The notes: generated from the letters alone by a model not told the origin. 64,000 nucleotides of DNA from an uncultured Actinomycetota bacterium (GCA_963696225.1 CAVOJG010000007.1:56657-120656), one strand, 5' to 3'; shown: positions 19,728 to 30,817, counted from the first letter of the stretch. Program-made: numbers and translations.

Positions 19728-20654
19728 ATGCTAGCTTTTACGCTCAAGCGATTCTTGCAGCTGATTCCGGTGTTTATCGGTGCCACGCTGCTCGTATACT
19801 TCTTGGTCTTCGCGACCCCCGGAGATCCAATCTCCGCACTTTCTGGCGGTAAGCCAATGACGCCAGCCGTCGAATCCGCGCTACGTGCCCAGTACAACCT
19901 GGACCAGCCATTCTGGGTTCAATATGGCTTGTACTTGAAAAACTTGGTTACCCTGGATCTGGGTATGTCCTTCTCCGGACAGGAAGTCCGAGACCTGCTG
20001 GCCCGTGCATTCCCAGTTACCGCACGGTTGGCAGTGATGGCATTGGCTATCGAAGCAGTCTTCGGCATTTTCTTCGGTGTCATCGCAGGCATGCGCAAAG
20101 GCAAGGCCTTTGATTCCACCGTGCTGATCCTTTCGTTGATCGTGATCGCAATTCCTACCTTCGTGCTGGGCTTTGTGCTGCAGTTTGTCGTCGGAGTTAA
20201 GCTCGAATGGGCCAAACCTACCGTCTCCGGCGGAGCAACATGGGGCGAGCTCATTCTTCCCGCGGTGGTTCTTGGCTTGGTTTCCTTCGCCTATGTCCTG
20301 CGTCTGACCCGTACCTCGATTATCGAGAACAAACAGGCGGACTATGTACGCACCGCTACCGCTAAGGGCTTGAGCCGCGGGCGTGTTATCAACGTGCACA
20401 TCCTGCGAAATTCGCTGATCCCAGTGGTGACCTTCCTAGGTGCCGACCTGGGATCGCTCATGGGTGGCGCGATCGTCACCGAGGGTATCTTCAACGTTCC
20501 CGGTGTCGGCAACCTGCTGTACCGCGCAATCCTCAAGGGTGAAACCCCCACGGTTGTCGCGGTGGTCGGTGTGCTCGTGATCGTCTTCGTGCTCGCCAAC
20601 CTCATCGTAGACATGCTTTACGCCCTGCTTGACCCAAGGATCCGTTATGCCTGA
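19728..20654 (+). CDS. oppB: Peptide ABC permease
   Basis: DYVRTATAKGL EAA loop; LLDPRIR end. Confidence 0.92.
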   Translation: MLAFTLKRFLQLIPVFIGATLLVYFLVFATPGDPISALSGGKPMTPAVESALRAQYNLDQPFWVQYGLYLKNLVTLDLGMSFSGQEVRDLLARAFPVTARLAVMALAIEAVFGIFFGVIAGMRKGKAFDSTVLILSLIVIAIPTFVLGFVLQFVVGVKLEWAKPTVSGGATWGELILPAVVLGLVSFAYVLRLTRTSIIENKQADYVRTATAKGLSRGRVINVHILRNSLIPVVTFLGADLGSLMGGAIVTEGIFNVPGVGNLLYRAILKGETPTVVAVVGVLVIVFVLANLIVDMLYALLDPRIRYA

Positions 20655-21660
20655 GAACCAGAATCAAAATCCTGAGGCCGGATTGCCTATCAGCAAGATC
20701 CGTGCCGGAAAAGTTTCTAAGTACACCATTCCGCACTTTGTTGCGCCACTAGACGAGACCCCGTTGCAGGGTGTCGATGCGGTCAAGGAAACGGGAAAGC
20801 CACTATCCATGTGGGCAGAAGCCTGGCGTTCGCTGCGCAAACGCCCGTTGTTCATCATTTCTGCGCTATTGATCATCCTAGTGATCGCTATTGCGACGAT
20901 TCCAGGGTTGTTTACATCGGTTGATCCAACCTCCTGCTACTTGGAATTTTCTAATGAAGGACCAAGCTCAGGCCACCCGATGGGTTATAACTTCCAAGGT
21001 TGCGACGTGTACGCACGCGCCATCCACGGAACACGTGCCTCGCTGATGGTCGGCATTTTCACCACAATCTTCGTGGTGCTCATTGGCGGCACCATCGGTG
21101 CTCTTGCTGGTTTCTATGGCGGCTGGTTGGATACCATCTTGGCTCGCCTCGGTGACATCTTCTTTGCACTTCCAATGGTGCTTGGTGCCATCATCGTGAT
21201 GCAGCTTCCCGCATTCCGAGACAATAAAAGCGTATGGACAGTTATTGTCACGCTCGCAATTTTCGGATGGCCTCAGGTCGCGCGTATTACCCGTGGTGCG
21301 GTGCTCGAAGCGCGCGATGCGGACTTCGTTAAAGCCTCACGTGCGTTGGGACTGTCGCGTGGCAAGTCATTGCTCAAGCACGTGATCCCGAACGCCATGG
21401 CACCGGTGATCGTCGTCGCTACCGTAAACCTAGGTGTGTACATCGTCGCCGAGGCGACGCTCTCCTTCCTTGGTCTTGGACTTCCATTTGAGGTGATGAG
21501 CTGGGGTAACGATATCTCTTCGGCTCAATCTCAACTTCGTAATAACCCGATGATGTTGATGTGGCCTGCACTGTTCTTGTCCGTCACCGTCTTGAGCTTC
21601 ATCATGCTCGGCGATGCAGTGCGTGATGCACTGGATCCTAAGTCTCGAAAGGGGAACTAA
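20647..21660 (+). CDS. oppC: Peptide ABC permease
   Basis: DFVKASRALG, KHVIPN, GDAVRDALDP. Confidence 0.92.
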   Translation: MPENQNQNPEAGLPISKIRAGKVSKYTIPHFVAPLDETPLQGVDAVKETGKPLSMWAEAWRSLRKRPLFIISALLIILVIAIATIPGLFTSVDPTSCYLEFSNEGPSSGHPMGYNFQGCDVYARAIHGTRASLMVGIFTTIFVVLIGGTIGALAGFYGGWLDTILARLGDIFFALPMVLGAIIVMQLPAFRDNKSVWTVIVTLAIFGWPQVARITRGAVLEARDADFVKASRALGLSRGKSLLKHVIPNAMAPVIVVATVNLGVYIVAEATLSFLGLGLPFEVMSWGNDISSAQSQLRNNPMMLMWPALFLSVTVLSFIMLGDAVRDALDPKSRKGN

Positions 21661-21662
21661 CT

Positions 21663-23306
21663 GTGGTGCAGAATTCAGAACCCAAGCCCCTGCTGGAAAT
21701 CAAAGACTTGGCCATTACCTTCAGCACGCCTGACGGCCCGGTCAACGCGGTGCGCAACGCCAACCTGACGGTGATGCCCGGCGAGACCGTGGCCATTGTC
21801 GGTGAGTCCGGTTCGGGCAAGTCCACCACCGCTCTGGCGGCCATCGGCCTGCTTCCAAGCAACGGCGAAGTCTCAGCTGGGCAGATTCTTTTTGACGGCG
21901 AGGATATTTCCAAGGCCAGTGAAAAGCGGTTTGTTGAGTTGCGCGGCAACCACATCGGCATGGTTCCGCAGGACCCGATGAGCAACCTCAACCCAGTGTG
22001 GAAAATTGGTTTCCAGGTCAAAGAGACTTTGAAAGCCAATGGCCTGGCTGGCAGCAATCCCAAGCAGCGCGTGGCGCAGGTCTTGGCCGATGCTGGCCTG
22101 CCCGATCCGGAAACGCGGATGAATCAGTATCCGCATGAGTTCTCTGGCGGTATGCGGCAGCGTGCGCTGATTGCCATCGGTTTGGCCTGCCGTCCACGCT
22201 TGCTGATCGCTGATGAGCCCACCAGTGCGTTGGATGTTACCGTGCAGCAGCAGATCCTGGATCACTTGGACACCATGACCAGCGAACTGGGCACCGCCGT
22301 CCTGCTGATCACCCACGATTTGGGCTTGGCCGCAGAACGCGCCGAGAAGGTCATCGTGATGTACAAGGGCCAGGTTGTTGAATCTGGTCCAGCGTTGGAA
22401 CTGCTGCGCAATCCACAGCACCCGTACACCAAGCGACTGATCAACTCCGCGCCGTCGTTGGCCGCGCAGCGTGGTGACAAGCACGAGATGGCAGTGGACG
22501 AAGTAGTGGCAGAAAAGTCCGAACCACTGCTGAAGATCTCAAATTTGACGAAGGTCTTCGACATCCGCAAGGGCTTCGGTCGCAAAGAAAAGTTCACCGC
22601 AGTGGACAAGGTATCTTTTGAGATTCCCAAGGGCACCACGACCGCAGTGGTCGGTGAGTCCGGATCGGGCAAATCGACAATCGCGCAGATGGTGCTGAAC
22701 CTGCTGGATGCGACCTCCGGAGACATCGTCTTCGACGGGCAAGCTATCGGCAAGCTCAGCGAACGCGAATTGTTCAAGTACCGTCGCCGTGTGCAACCGA
22801 TCTTCCAGGACCCTTATGGTTCCCTGGACCCGATGTACTCGATTTACCGCACCATCGAGGAGCCTCTGCGCATCCACGGTATTGGTAATCAGGCATCTCG
22901 CGAGAAGAAGGTCAAGGAACTGCTGGGGCAGGTATCCATGCCGGCCTCGACCATGCACCGATTCCCGAACGAGCTCTCTGGCGGTCAGCGGCAGCGTATT
23001 GCCATCGCGCGAGCGTTGGCCTTGCAGCCGGAGATGATCGTCTGCGACGAGGCGGTCTCCGCGCTGGACGTGCTGGTGCAAGCCCAGGTGCTGGAGCTGC
23101 TTGATGAGCTACAGCGTGAATTGGGCCTAACCTACCTGTTCATCACCCACGACTTGGCTGTTGTGCGCCAGATCGCAGATAACGTCTGTGTGATGGAGCA
23201 TGGGAAGCTCGTTGAGCAGGGAACGGTGGATGAGATTTTCGAGAATGCGAAGAGCGATTACACCCGAAACCTGTTGTCGGCCATCCCAGGTGCCAGCTTG
23301 ATTTAA
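21663..23306 (+). CDS. Peptide ABC ATPase (fused double NBD)
   Basis: Two GESGSGKS Walker A motifs and two signature motifs. Confidence 0.93.
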   Translation: MVQNSEPKPLLEIKDLAITFSTPDGPVNAVRNANLTVMPGETVAIVGESGSGKSTTALAAIGLLPSNGEVSAGQILFDGEDISKASEKRFVELRGNHIGMVPQDPMSNLNPVWKIGFQVKETLKANGLAGSNPKQRVAQVLADAGLPDPETRMNQYPHEFSGGMRQRALIAIGLACRPRLLIADEPTSALDVTVQQQILDHLDTMTSELGTAVLLITHDLGLAAERAEKVIVMYKGQVVESGPALELLRNPQHPYTKRLINSAPSLAAQRGDKHEMAVDEVVAEKSEPLLKISNLTKVFDIRKGFGRKEKFTAVDKVSFEIPKGTTTAVVGESGSGKSTIAQMVLNLLDATSGDIVFDGQAIGKLSERELFKYRRRVQPIFQDPYGSLDPMYSIYRTIEEPLRIHGIGNQASREKKVKELLGQVSMPASTMHRFPNELSGGQRQRIAIARALALQPEMIVCDEAVSALDVLVQAQVLELLDELQRELGLTYLFITHDLAVVRQIADNVCVMEHGKLVEQGTVDEIFENAKSDYTRNLLSAIPGASLI

Positions 23307-23329
23307 GGATTTTACGGCTTTTTGCCACC

Positions 23330-23373
23330 AACTCAGGGCAGTGAACTCTTCGAAGAGTCGCTGCCCTGAGTTC
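23330..23373. terminator. Terminator hairpin
   Basis: AACTCAGGGCAG...CTGCCCTGAGTT. Confidence 0.8.
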
Positions 23374-23738
23374 GTTAAAAAATGACTTATTCAAGAAATG
23401 TTTCAGTTTTTTCGGATCTGAAATAAATGTTGCAAAAACGTTATAAACGAGTTTGGTGGTGGCGGGGCTCAATCACCGCTTCTGATTGAAAAAACCCAAT
23501 GTGAAAGAAATCCTTGAAATCCCGGGGGATGTGAGCCAAGTCGCTAAAATCGCCAGTAACAAGCGAATCGAAACTCGAAAGTTTTGGAAACGTTCCTAAG
23601 AGATATGAAGCGGATCTTTCTATATCCAAGATGGCAAAAGCCAGTTAGTCTATTGCTCAATGGTTCCATCATGTGATGTGTTCCACAGTGGACCGCATGG
23701 TTCAGAACTCGTATCGTTCATATTCTCAAGGAGGCGGA

Positions 23739-25544
23739 ATGCGATTCCAACGTGTTTCGAAGGCAGTAGTAGTAGGTGCTGCAATGGCTTTGGCCCTGTC
23801 GGCATGTGCACCAGGTGGCAGCGGCACCGATCCGAAGGCTTCGGAGTCAGGCAACACCAGCGGGAACGGTTCAGCTGAAGTGACCAACAGCGGTCTCGCA
23901 GACCTCGGTGACATCACTACCAAGGACGACACCATTGCGGTCTCGGTGGGCGCACCAGAATTCATCAGCTACAACGGGTTCACTCCGAACACCTACTCGA
24001 CTTACAACTCCGCTATCACGGACCGCATGTTCGCAAGCTTCTCGTACTTCGGTACCGATGGAAAGCTCTACCCGAACGAAGATCTCGGCTCTTATGAGAA
24101 GGTCAGCGACGATCCGCTGACCATCAAGTACACCATCAGCGATAATGCTAAATGGTCAGATGGAACGCCTATCACCGTGGCTGACTCGGTCTTGGCCTGG
24201 GGCGTGCAGAACTTGAACCTCAACGAAGGTTCCAAAGAAAAGCCGCTGTTCAACTCGGTCTCCGTCGACCTGGGCGATACCGTGCCAAAGGGCCCACAGG
24301 GTGACGTTGCAGGCAAGGAATTCACCGTTGAATTCTCGGCCCCGGACCCTGACTGGGCGCTGCAGTCCTGGCTACTGCAGCCAGCTCACGTGGTAGCCAA
24401 GGAAGCTGGCATGAGCACCGAAGAGCTGGCTAACGCCATCCTTGCCGGTGAATCAGACAAGCTGAAGAAGGCCGCCAAGTTCTGGAACGAAGGCTGGAAC
24501 ACCAACCCGGGCACCCTTCCAAAGGAAGAAATCATGCCAGTTTCCGGGCCGTACAAGCTCGGATCCTGGAAGGCTGGCGAATCGGTCACCCTGGTAGCGA
24601 ACGAGGACTACTACGGTACCCCCGCCGCCACCAAGCAGCTGAACTTCCGCTTCGTTGAAGACGCTGCAATGGTTCAGGCACTGCAGAACAAGGACATCGA
24701 CGTCATCAACCCACAGCCAACGGTTGATACCTTGGCTCAGCTTGAGGCACTTGGTGACCAAGTAGCCATCCAGCAGGGTGACACCCTGACCTGGGAGCAC
24801 TTGGACTTCAACTTCCGTGGAAAGAATGCGTTCAAGAACCTGGAACTGCGCAAAGCATTTGCCATGTGCGTTCCGCGTCAGAACATCGTCGACAACTTGG
24901 TCAAGCCTCTGAACCCAGAAGCAGTGGTCATGAATGCTCGCGAAGTATTCCCATTCCAGGACAACTACGAAGAAGTTGTCTCAGCTTCCTATGACGGTCG
25001 CTACGATCAGGTTGACATTGAAGGGTCAAAGAAGATCCTCGAAGCCGAGGATGCAGTGGGCACCAAGGTGCGCATTGGCTACTCCGCTCCCAACGAGCGT
25101 CGCACCAACGAAGTTGCTGCCATCAAGTCCTCCTGTGATGAGGCTGGCTTCAAGGTCGAAGACGCTGGAGATCCGAAGTTCTTCGCACCAGGCGGAACCC
25201 AGGAACGCGGTGACTACGACGTAGCACTGTTCGCATGGGCAGGTTCAGGCCAGATCTCTTCAGGCCAGAACATCTACGCCACCGGTAAGCCACAGAACTA
25301 CGGCCAGTACTCCAACGAGCAGGTTGACGCCGAATGGAAGACCTTGGCAAGTTCCTTGGACCCAGCGGTACACCTGGAGCAGACCAAGAAGATTGAGAAG
25401 CTCTTGTGGGATGACCTGTACGGCATCCCAGTATTTGCCCACCCAGGGCTGAGTGCCTCGGGTTCAGATATCCAGAATGTCCGCCACACCGCGACGCAGT
25501 CACAGATCGTCTGGAACGCCGAACAGTGGGTACGTGCAGAGTAA
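23739..25544 (+). CDS. Second family-5 ABC substrate-binding lipoprotein
   Basis: AAGGAGG RBS, lipobox LSAC, KWSDGTPIT, SGPYKL, WEHLDFN. Confidence 0.9.
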   Translation: MRFQRVSKAVVVGAAMALALSACAPGGSGTDPKASESGNTSGNGSAEVTNSGLADLGDITTKDDTIAVSVGAPEFISYNGFTPNTYSTYNSAITDRMFASFSYFGTDGKLYPNEDLGSYEKVSDDPLTIKYTISDNAKWSDGTPITVADSVLAWGVQNLNLNEGSKEKPLFNSVSVDLGDTVPKGPQGDVAGKEFTVEFSAPDPDWALQSWLLQPAHVVAKEAGMSTEELANAILAGESDKLKKAAKFWNEGWNTNPGTLPKEEIMPVSGPYKLGSWKAGESVTLVANEDYYGTPAATKQLNFRFVEDAAMVQALQNKDIDVINPQPTVDTLAQLEALGDQVAIQQGDTLTWEHLDFNFRGKNAFKNLELRKAFAMCVPRQNIVDNLVKPLNPEAVVMNAREVFPFQDNYEEVVSASYDGRYDQVDIEGSKKILEAEDAVGTKVRIGYSAPNERRTNEVAAIKSSCDEAGFKVEDAGDPKFFAPGGTQERGDYDVALFAWAGSGQISSGQNIYATGKPQNYGQYSNEQVDAEWKTLASSLDPAVHLEQTKKIEKLLWDDLYGIPVFAHPGLSASGSDIQNVRHTATQSQIVWNAEQWVRAE

Positions 25545-25583
25545 TTGCCGCTAGGCACTGAGCTCAAACACCGTGAGTGAACG

Positions 25584-25618
25584 ACTGCGGGGCCCGATAA
25601 ACCGTCGGGCCCCGCAGT
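25584..25618 (+). terminator. Intra-operon stem-loop after the binding-protein gene
   Basis: ACTGCGGGGCCCGA...TCGGGCCCCGCAGT, no U-tract. Confidence 0.65.
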
Positions 25619-25709
25619 GTGTCCACCGCATCCCCACAGTGATTCGACCACACCACCACCCAAGGTGCACGAATCGTCCGGTGAGAAACGAAAGTAGGAC
25701 AAGAACGCC

Positions 25710-27227
25710 GTGTTGAAATTCATCGCCAAACGACTTGGATCGGCCATCGGTGTGCTCTTTGCAGCCTCGTTGCTGCTATACATCCTGGTCATCAATTCGG
25801 GTGACCCGCTGAAAGACCTGCGTGAAAGCAACGCAGACAACCGCGAATACCTGATGGCACAACGTATCGATTACATGGAGCTGGACCAGCCCTGGTACCT
25901 TCGCTACTGGGACTGGCTGACCGGCGTTTCCAAGTGCTTCGTTGGACAGTGCGATTTAGGTCGTAATATCAACGGCGTGGAAGTCTCCGGACTGCTTGCC
26001 AACGCTGCCGCCTCGACCTTGCGCCTAGTGCTCATCGCCACGGTGATCGCCGCAATCCTCGGTATCGCCATCGGCGTGCTCACCGCGGTGCGCCAGTACT
26101 CCGGGCTTGACTACATCGTCACATTCCTGACTTTCCTCTTCTTCTCACTTCCAGTCTTCTGGGCAGCTGTATTGCTGAAGGAATACCTGGCGATCGGATT
26201 TAATGACTGGATTGCCTCGCCGGACATATCTCTGGGTACCTCCATACTCATCGGCATAGCCTTGGGCCTGATCATGCAGATGTTCTTAGCCGGCTCGCTC
26301 AAACGCCGTGCTCTGACCTTCATTGCTGTAGCAATTTTTGTGCCCTTGGTACTGCAATACTCGCTCTGGTTGAACTTCTACCGTTACCCGCAAATGGGCC
26401 CGGCAATCGTGGTCATTCTGACCTTGCTGGTGGCACTATCTGCTACCGCGATGACAGCTGGCCTGAAGGAAAAACGCGTACTCTATCCGGCGCTGATCAC
26501 CGTGGTGCTCGTGCTTGCCGCCTACTACGCGACCTTCTACCTGATGTCCGAGCCGAACACCTGGATCCTTGTGGGCGGGCTGATCCTCGCCGTCGCGATA
26601 CCGGCGCTTGTAGGGCGCCTTATGGGTGGACGACTTCGTAAGAACGCAGCCAGCGTAGCCATGGTGACAGGTTTTGTCGGCGCGGCACTCACCGTTATCG
26701 ACCACATATTCCGTGCTTGGCCGGGCTTCCTGGACAACAAGGGCCGCCCGATTTCCACCATTGGTTCATCTACCGCTAACTTTGAGGGCGGTTATTGGGA
26801 TCACTTCTTGGATAACGGCACCCAGTTGCTGCTGCCCACCATTTTGCTGGCAATCATTTCGCTGGCAAGCTACTCGCGCTACACCCGCTCCTCAATGCTC
26901 GAAGTGCAGCAGCAGGATTACATTCGCACCGCCCGCTCCAAGGGACTCAGCGAACGTACCGTGATTTTCCGTCACGCATTCCGCAACGCGATGATCCCTA
27001 TCGCCACCATCGCGGCCTTCGACTTCGCAGGACTCATCGGTGGTGCGGTGATTACCGAGCGCGTTTTCGGTTGGAAGGGCATGGGCGAAATGTTCGCCAC
27101 GGGCCTGGACCATGTGGACGCCAACCCGGTAATGGCCTTCTTCTTGGTCACCGGTACCGCAGCGATCATTTTCAACCTGCTGGCAGACATTGTCTACGCC
27201 TTGCTCGACCCACGCATTCGCGTCTAG
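25710..27227 (+). CDS. Peptide ABC permease with a large internal TM insertion
   Basis: OppB-like N- and C-termini (DYIRTARSKGL, LLDPRIRV); 505 aa. Confidence 0.9.
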   Translation: MLKFIAKRLGSAIGVLFAASLLLYILVINSGDPLKDLRESNADNREYLMAQRIDYMELDQPWYLRYWDWLTGVSKCFVGQCDLGRNINGVEVSGLLANAAASTLRLVLIATVIAAILGIAIGVLTAVRQYSGLDYIVTFLTFLFFSLPVFWAAVLLKEYLAIGFNDWIASPDISLGTSILIGIALGLIMQMFLAGSLKRRALTFIAVAIFVPLVLQYSLWLNFYRYPQMGPAIVVILTLLVALSATAMTAGLKEKRVLYPALITVVLVLAAYYATFYLMSEPNTWILVGGLILAVAIPALVGRLMGGRLRKNAASVAMVTGFVGAALTVIDHIFRAWPGFLDNKGRPISTIGSSTANFEGGYWDHFLDNGTQLLLPTILLAIISLASYSRYTRSSMLEVQQQDYIRTARSKGLSERTVIFRHAFRNAMIPIATIAAFDFAGLIGGAVITERVFGWKGMGEMFATGLDHVDANPVMAFFLVTGTAAIIFNLLADIVYALLDPRIRV

Positions 27228-27277
27228 GCGGCCATGACAATCATCAGCAATCGTGTCTGCGACATTAAGGACAATCG

Positions 27278-28336
27278 ATGAGTAACACCAACGGCAATCT
27301 GCCGCAGAACCTGACCTCCATAGCCGAGGTAGAGGACGCGAAGCTGGCGCGCCAGTCCGAAGATTCAAAAAGCCAAGGCCGCATCGTCATCGGGCGGTTC
27401 GTCAAGCACAAGCTGGCCATGACCTCCAGCGTGATCCTGGTTTTTATCACCGTCTTTGCTTTCAGCTCCGTAGGGTGGGGAGTAATCCCCGGATGGTGGG
27501 ACAAGTCCTATCTAGATGCTGGCGCAGTCATCAATGGCGGCAAGCCAACGCTCAGCCTGGTGCCTACCTGGTTAGGTGGGGAAGGAATCCGCTGGGGAGA
27601 AAATCCCTTCGGCCAGGATTCCATCGGCAAAGACTACTTTGCCCTGGTCATGACCGGAACACAGAAGTCCATCATCATCGGCGTGGTAGTCGGACTGGTT
27701 TCCACATTCCTCGGCGCGGTGATCGGTGCGGTTGCCGGTTACTTCCGCGGCTGGGTTGATGAAGTCCTGATGCGCATCACCGATCTATTCATCGTGATCC
27801 CGCTGTTGGTTCTGGCTGCTGTGCTGGGCCAGATTGCAGGTGCGAGCTCGGGCTCTATTATCACCTTGGCCTTCGTTTTGGGTCTGGTCACCTGGACAGG
27901 CTTGGCCCGTCTGGTTCGCGGTGAGATCCTCTCGCTGCGTGAACGCGAATACGTGGCGGCAGCCCAAGCCATGGGCTCGAAGACCTCGCGGGTGATCTTC
28001 AAGCACCTGCTGCCAAACACCATCGGCGTGATCGTGGTCAACGCGACCTTCGCCATCGCTGGTGCGATCCTGCTGGAATCCTCGCTGTCCTACCTGGGCT
28101 TCGGTGTCCAGCCACCGGAATCCTCACTGGGCCTGCTCATTAGCCAGTACCAGAATGCGTTCACCTCTCGTCCGTGGCTCTTCTGGTGGCCAGGCATGAT
28201 CATCGTTGCCATCGCGCTGAGCGTGAACTTCCTCGGTGATGGCCTGCGCGATGCTTTTGATCCACGCCACACCGGCAAGAAGCGCCGCCGCCGAGCTGGG
28301 CTCTTCGCCCTGCCAACTCGTAAGGAGAAGCCATGA
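27278..28336 (+). CDS. Peptide ABC permease (OppC-like)
   Basis: EYVAAAQAMG, KHLLPN, GDGLRDAFDP. Confidence 0.92.
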   Translation: MSNTNGNLPQNLTSIAEVEDAKLARQSEDSKSQGRIVIGRFVKHKLAMTSSVILVFITVFAFSSVGWGVIPGWWDKSYLDAGAVINGGKPTLSLVPTWLGGEGIRWGENPFGQDSIGKDYFALVMTGTQKSIIIGVVVGLVSTFLGAVIGAVAGYFRGWVDEVLMRITDLFIVIPLLVLAAVLGQIAGASSGSIITLAFVLGLVTWTGLARLVRGEILSLREREYVAAAQAMGSKTSRVIFKHLLPNTIGVIVVNATFAIAGAILLESSLSYLGFGVQPPESSLGLLISQYQNAFTSRPWLFWWPGMIIVAIALSVNFLGDGLRDAFDPRHTGKKRRRRAGLFALPTRKEKP

Positions 28337-30009
28337 GCACCGAAGCCGCAGAAAATTATGCACTGAGCTTCACCGACCTGAAGGTCACCTTTGAAACCGC
28401 CGGACCTGACGTACACGCGGTCAAGGGTCTATCCCTCGCCGTACGCCCCGGCGAAGTTGTTGCCTTGGTGGGCGAGTCCGGTTCGGGCAAGTCCGTTACC
28501 TCCACCGCCGCCATGGGATTGCTTCCGGAGAACGCGTACGTCACTGGCGAAGCCAGAGTTGGCAACGTGAACGTGGTGGGCTTGGACCAAGGCAAGATGC
28601 GCAAGATGCGTGCTACCGACATCGCCATGGTGTTCCAAGAACCTATGACGGCGTTGAACCCGGTGCTGACCATTGAACGCCAGCTCACCGAAGCATTGGA
28701 ACTGCACGACGTGGCATACGGCAAGGAAGCTACCGATAGGGCAATCGAGCTGCTAACCCTGGTGGGCATCCCAGATCCAGCCAAGCGCATCAAGCAGTAC
28801 CCGCACCAGTTCTCTGGTGGACAGCGCCAGCGCATCGTGATCGCCATGGCAATCTCCTGTGATCCGAAGGTGATTATTGCCGATGAGCCAACCACCGCGT
28901 TGGATGTCACCGTGCAGGCAGAAATTCTTGACCTGCTGCGTGAGCTCAAAGACCGGCTGAACACCGGCATCTTGCTGATTACCCACAATATGGGTGTCGT
29001 AGCAGATATGGCAGACCAGGTTGCGGTGATGTTCCAAGGCAACTTGGTGGAAACCGGCGACGTTCAACAAGTCTTGCTCCACCCGCAACACGAATACACC
29101 CAGCGTCTGCTTTCCTCGGTACCCCGGCTTTCTCCGGTGATCATCGATGAGAGCGCCCCACGCAGTGAACCGGCCGACCCGGCCGAACGCAAGCTGGTGC
29201 TGGAAGCCAAAGATCTGGTGCTGGAATACAACATGCGCGGCAAGATCTTCCGTGCGGTGGAGAACGTCAGCTTCGACGTCGCCAAGGGCGAGGTACTGGG
29301 CATCGTGGGCGAATCGGGCTCGGGCAAGTCGACCATTGCCAAAGCGGTCCTCGGGCTGCTTCCGGTGGCCGCGGGAACGCTCGCGGTCAAGGGCCATAAC
29401 CTGCCAAAGCTCTCGACACGCCAGGCACGTGCTGTGCGTAAGGACATCGGTGTGATCTTCCAGGATCCTGCCGCGTCATTAAATCCGCGTTTCCCTATTG
29501 GTGACTGCATTACCGAACCCATGGTGGTGCACAAGGTCGGGAACAAGGCCTCTCGGACCAAGCGTGCCTTGGAGCTGCTGGATGCGGTCAAGCTGCCACG
29601 CAACGTGATCAACCGTTATCCGCATGAGCTTTCCGGCGGTCAGCGCCAGCGTATTTGCATTGCTCGTGCGCTGACCATGAATCCAGAATTGCTGATCGCT
29701 GACGAGCCAACCAGCGCGTTGGACGTATCCGTTCAGGCAGTCGTCTTGGAAATGCTCCAAGATTTGCAGCGCGACTTCAATTTTGCATGCCTCTTCGTCA
29801 GCCATGATCTGGCTGTGGTGGATATGCTCGCCGATTCAGTGGTCGTCATGCAAAACGGCAAGGCCGTAGAACAGGGGCGCGTTGATACCGTATTGCACGC
29901 ACCCACCCACGATTACACTCGTCGCTTGTTGGCCGCCGCGCCGGTGCCGGACCCGATCGAGCAGGCCATTCGTCGTGATGCATGGAGAATTCTGAACAGC
30001 ACTAAGTAA
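28333..30009 (+). CDS. Peptide ABC ATPase (fused double NBD)
   Basis: Two GESGSGKS and two SGGQRQR motifs. Confidence 0.93.
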   Translation: MSTEAAENYALSFTDLKVTFETAGPDVHAVKGLSLAVRPGEVVALVGESGSGKSVTSTAAMGLLPENAYVTGEARVGNVNVVGLDQGKMRKMRATDIAMVFQEPMTALNPVLTIERQLTEALELHDVAYGKEATDRAIELLTLVGIPDPAKRIKQYPHQFSGGQRQRIVIAMAISCDPKVIIADEPTTALDVTVQAEILDLLRELKDRLNTGILLITHNMGVVADMADQVAVMFQGNLVETGDVQQVLLHPQHEYTQRLLSSVPRLSPVIIDESAPRSEPADPAERKLVLEAKDLVLEYNMRGKIFRAVENVSFDVAKGEVLGIVGESGSGKSTIAKAVLGLLPVAAGTLAVKGHNLPKLSTRQARAVRKDIGVIFQDPAASLNPRFPIGDCITEPMVVHKVGNKASRTKRALELLDAVKLPRNVINRYPHELSGGQRQRICIARALTMNPELLIADEPTSALDVSVQAVVLEMLQDLQRDFNFACLFVSHDLAVVDMLADSVVVMQNGKAVEQGRVDTVLHAPTHDYTRRLLAAAPVPDPIEQAIRRDAWRILNSTK

Positions 30010-30029
30010 CTGAAGAGCTGTGCGTAGAT

Positions 30030-30070
30030 AAGGGGCTGGTTTGCCGAGGTACTCGGCAAACCAGCCCCTT
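30030..30070 (+). terminator. Intrinsic terminator
   Basis: AAGGGGCTGGTTTGCCGAG-GTA-CTCGGCAAACCAGCCCCTT. Confidence 0.85.
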
Positions 30071-30145
30071 TCGCATTTGTCTGTGTCTGCTTAGAGTGGA
30101 AACAGAATTTGCTGGCCACTGGCTGGATACTGGAGTGAGGTTGTT

Positions 30146-30637
30146 TTGCCTGTAAACGTGTCGAGTGCCCCCGACGGATCCTTAGCGGAAGCATTTACTA
30201 AAGAACATCATGAAATTGATGCGGCGATCGAAAAGTACATGGCTACGACTCGTGAAGACCCAGAATCGCGGGCCAAGATGTTGCTGGAAGCGGTCAGCGC
30301 GTTGCGGCGACATATTTATCTTGAAGAAGAGGTCGTATTCCCTCATCTGCCTCGCGCCACGCTGATGATGCCCTTGATGGTGATGCACCGGGAACACGGC
30401 GAACTATGGCGTCGCATGGATGCCTTGGAAAAATCTCTGCAAGGCGCAAGTGCCGATGCACCGTTGGTGGCGGACTGCGAAGAATTGTTGTCCTTGCTGG
30501 ACAACCATAATTCTAAAGAAGAGCCGATCATCTATCCGCTGATGGGCACCGCACTCAGTGTGCAGGAACAGCAACAGGCTGCGCATCTGCTAGCCGGGGG
30601 AGCGCTTCCCGAAGGCTGGGTCTGCCAAGACGCCTAA
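30146..30637 (+). CDS. Hemerythrin-domain protein
   Basis: EHHEID, RRHIYLEEEVVFP, HREHGEL, HNSKEEPIIYP His/Glu pattern. Confidence 0.85.
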   Translation: MPVNVSSAPDGSLAEAFTKEHHEIDAAIEKYMATTREDPESRAKMLLEAVSALRRHIYLEEEVVFPHLPRATLMMPLMVMHREHGELWRRMDALEKSLQGASADAPLVADCEELLSLLDNHNSKEEPIIYPLMGTALSVQEQQQAAHLLAGGALPEGWVCQDA

Positions 30638-30817
30638 TACGATTGGGCCGCCACTAGAACACTGGTTTTTGGGAAATTGTATTGATTCGCAATCCTTGGA
30701 GGACCAGAGCGCAACTCCAGCGGCCTGGATGAATGCGATAAACAGACTGCTAAGCCTTGCACCGAGCACCTGAGAATTGCGGGCGAGGAATGGGTTGTTT
30801 TCCCTGAGGCAGCTTAA

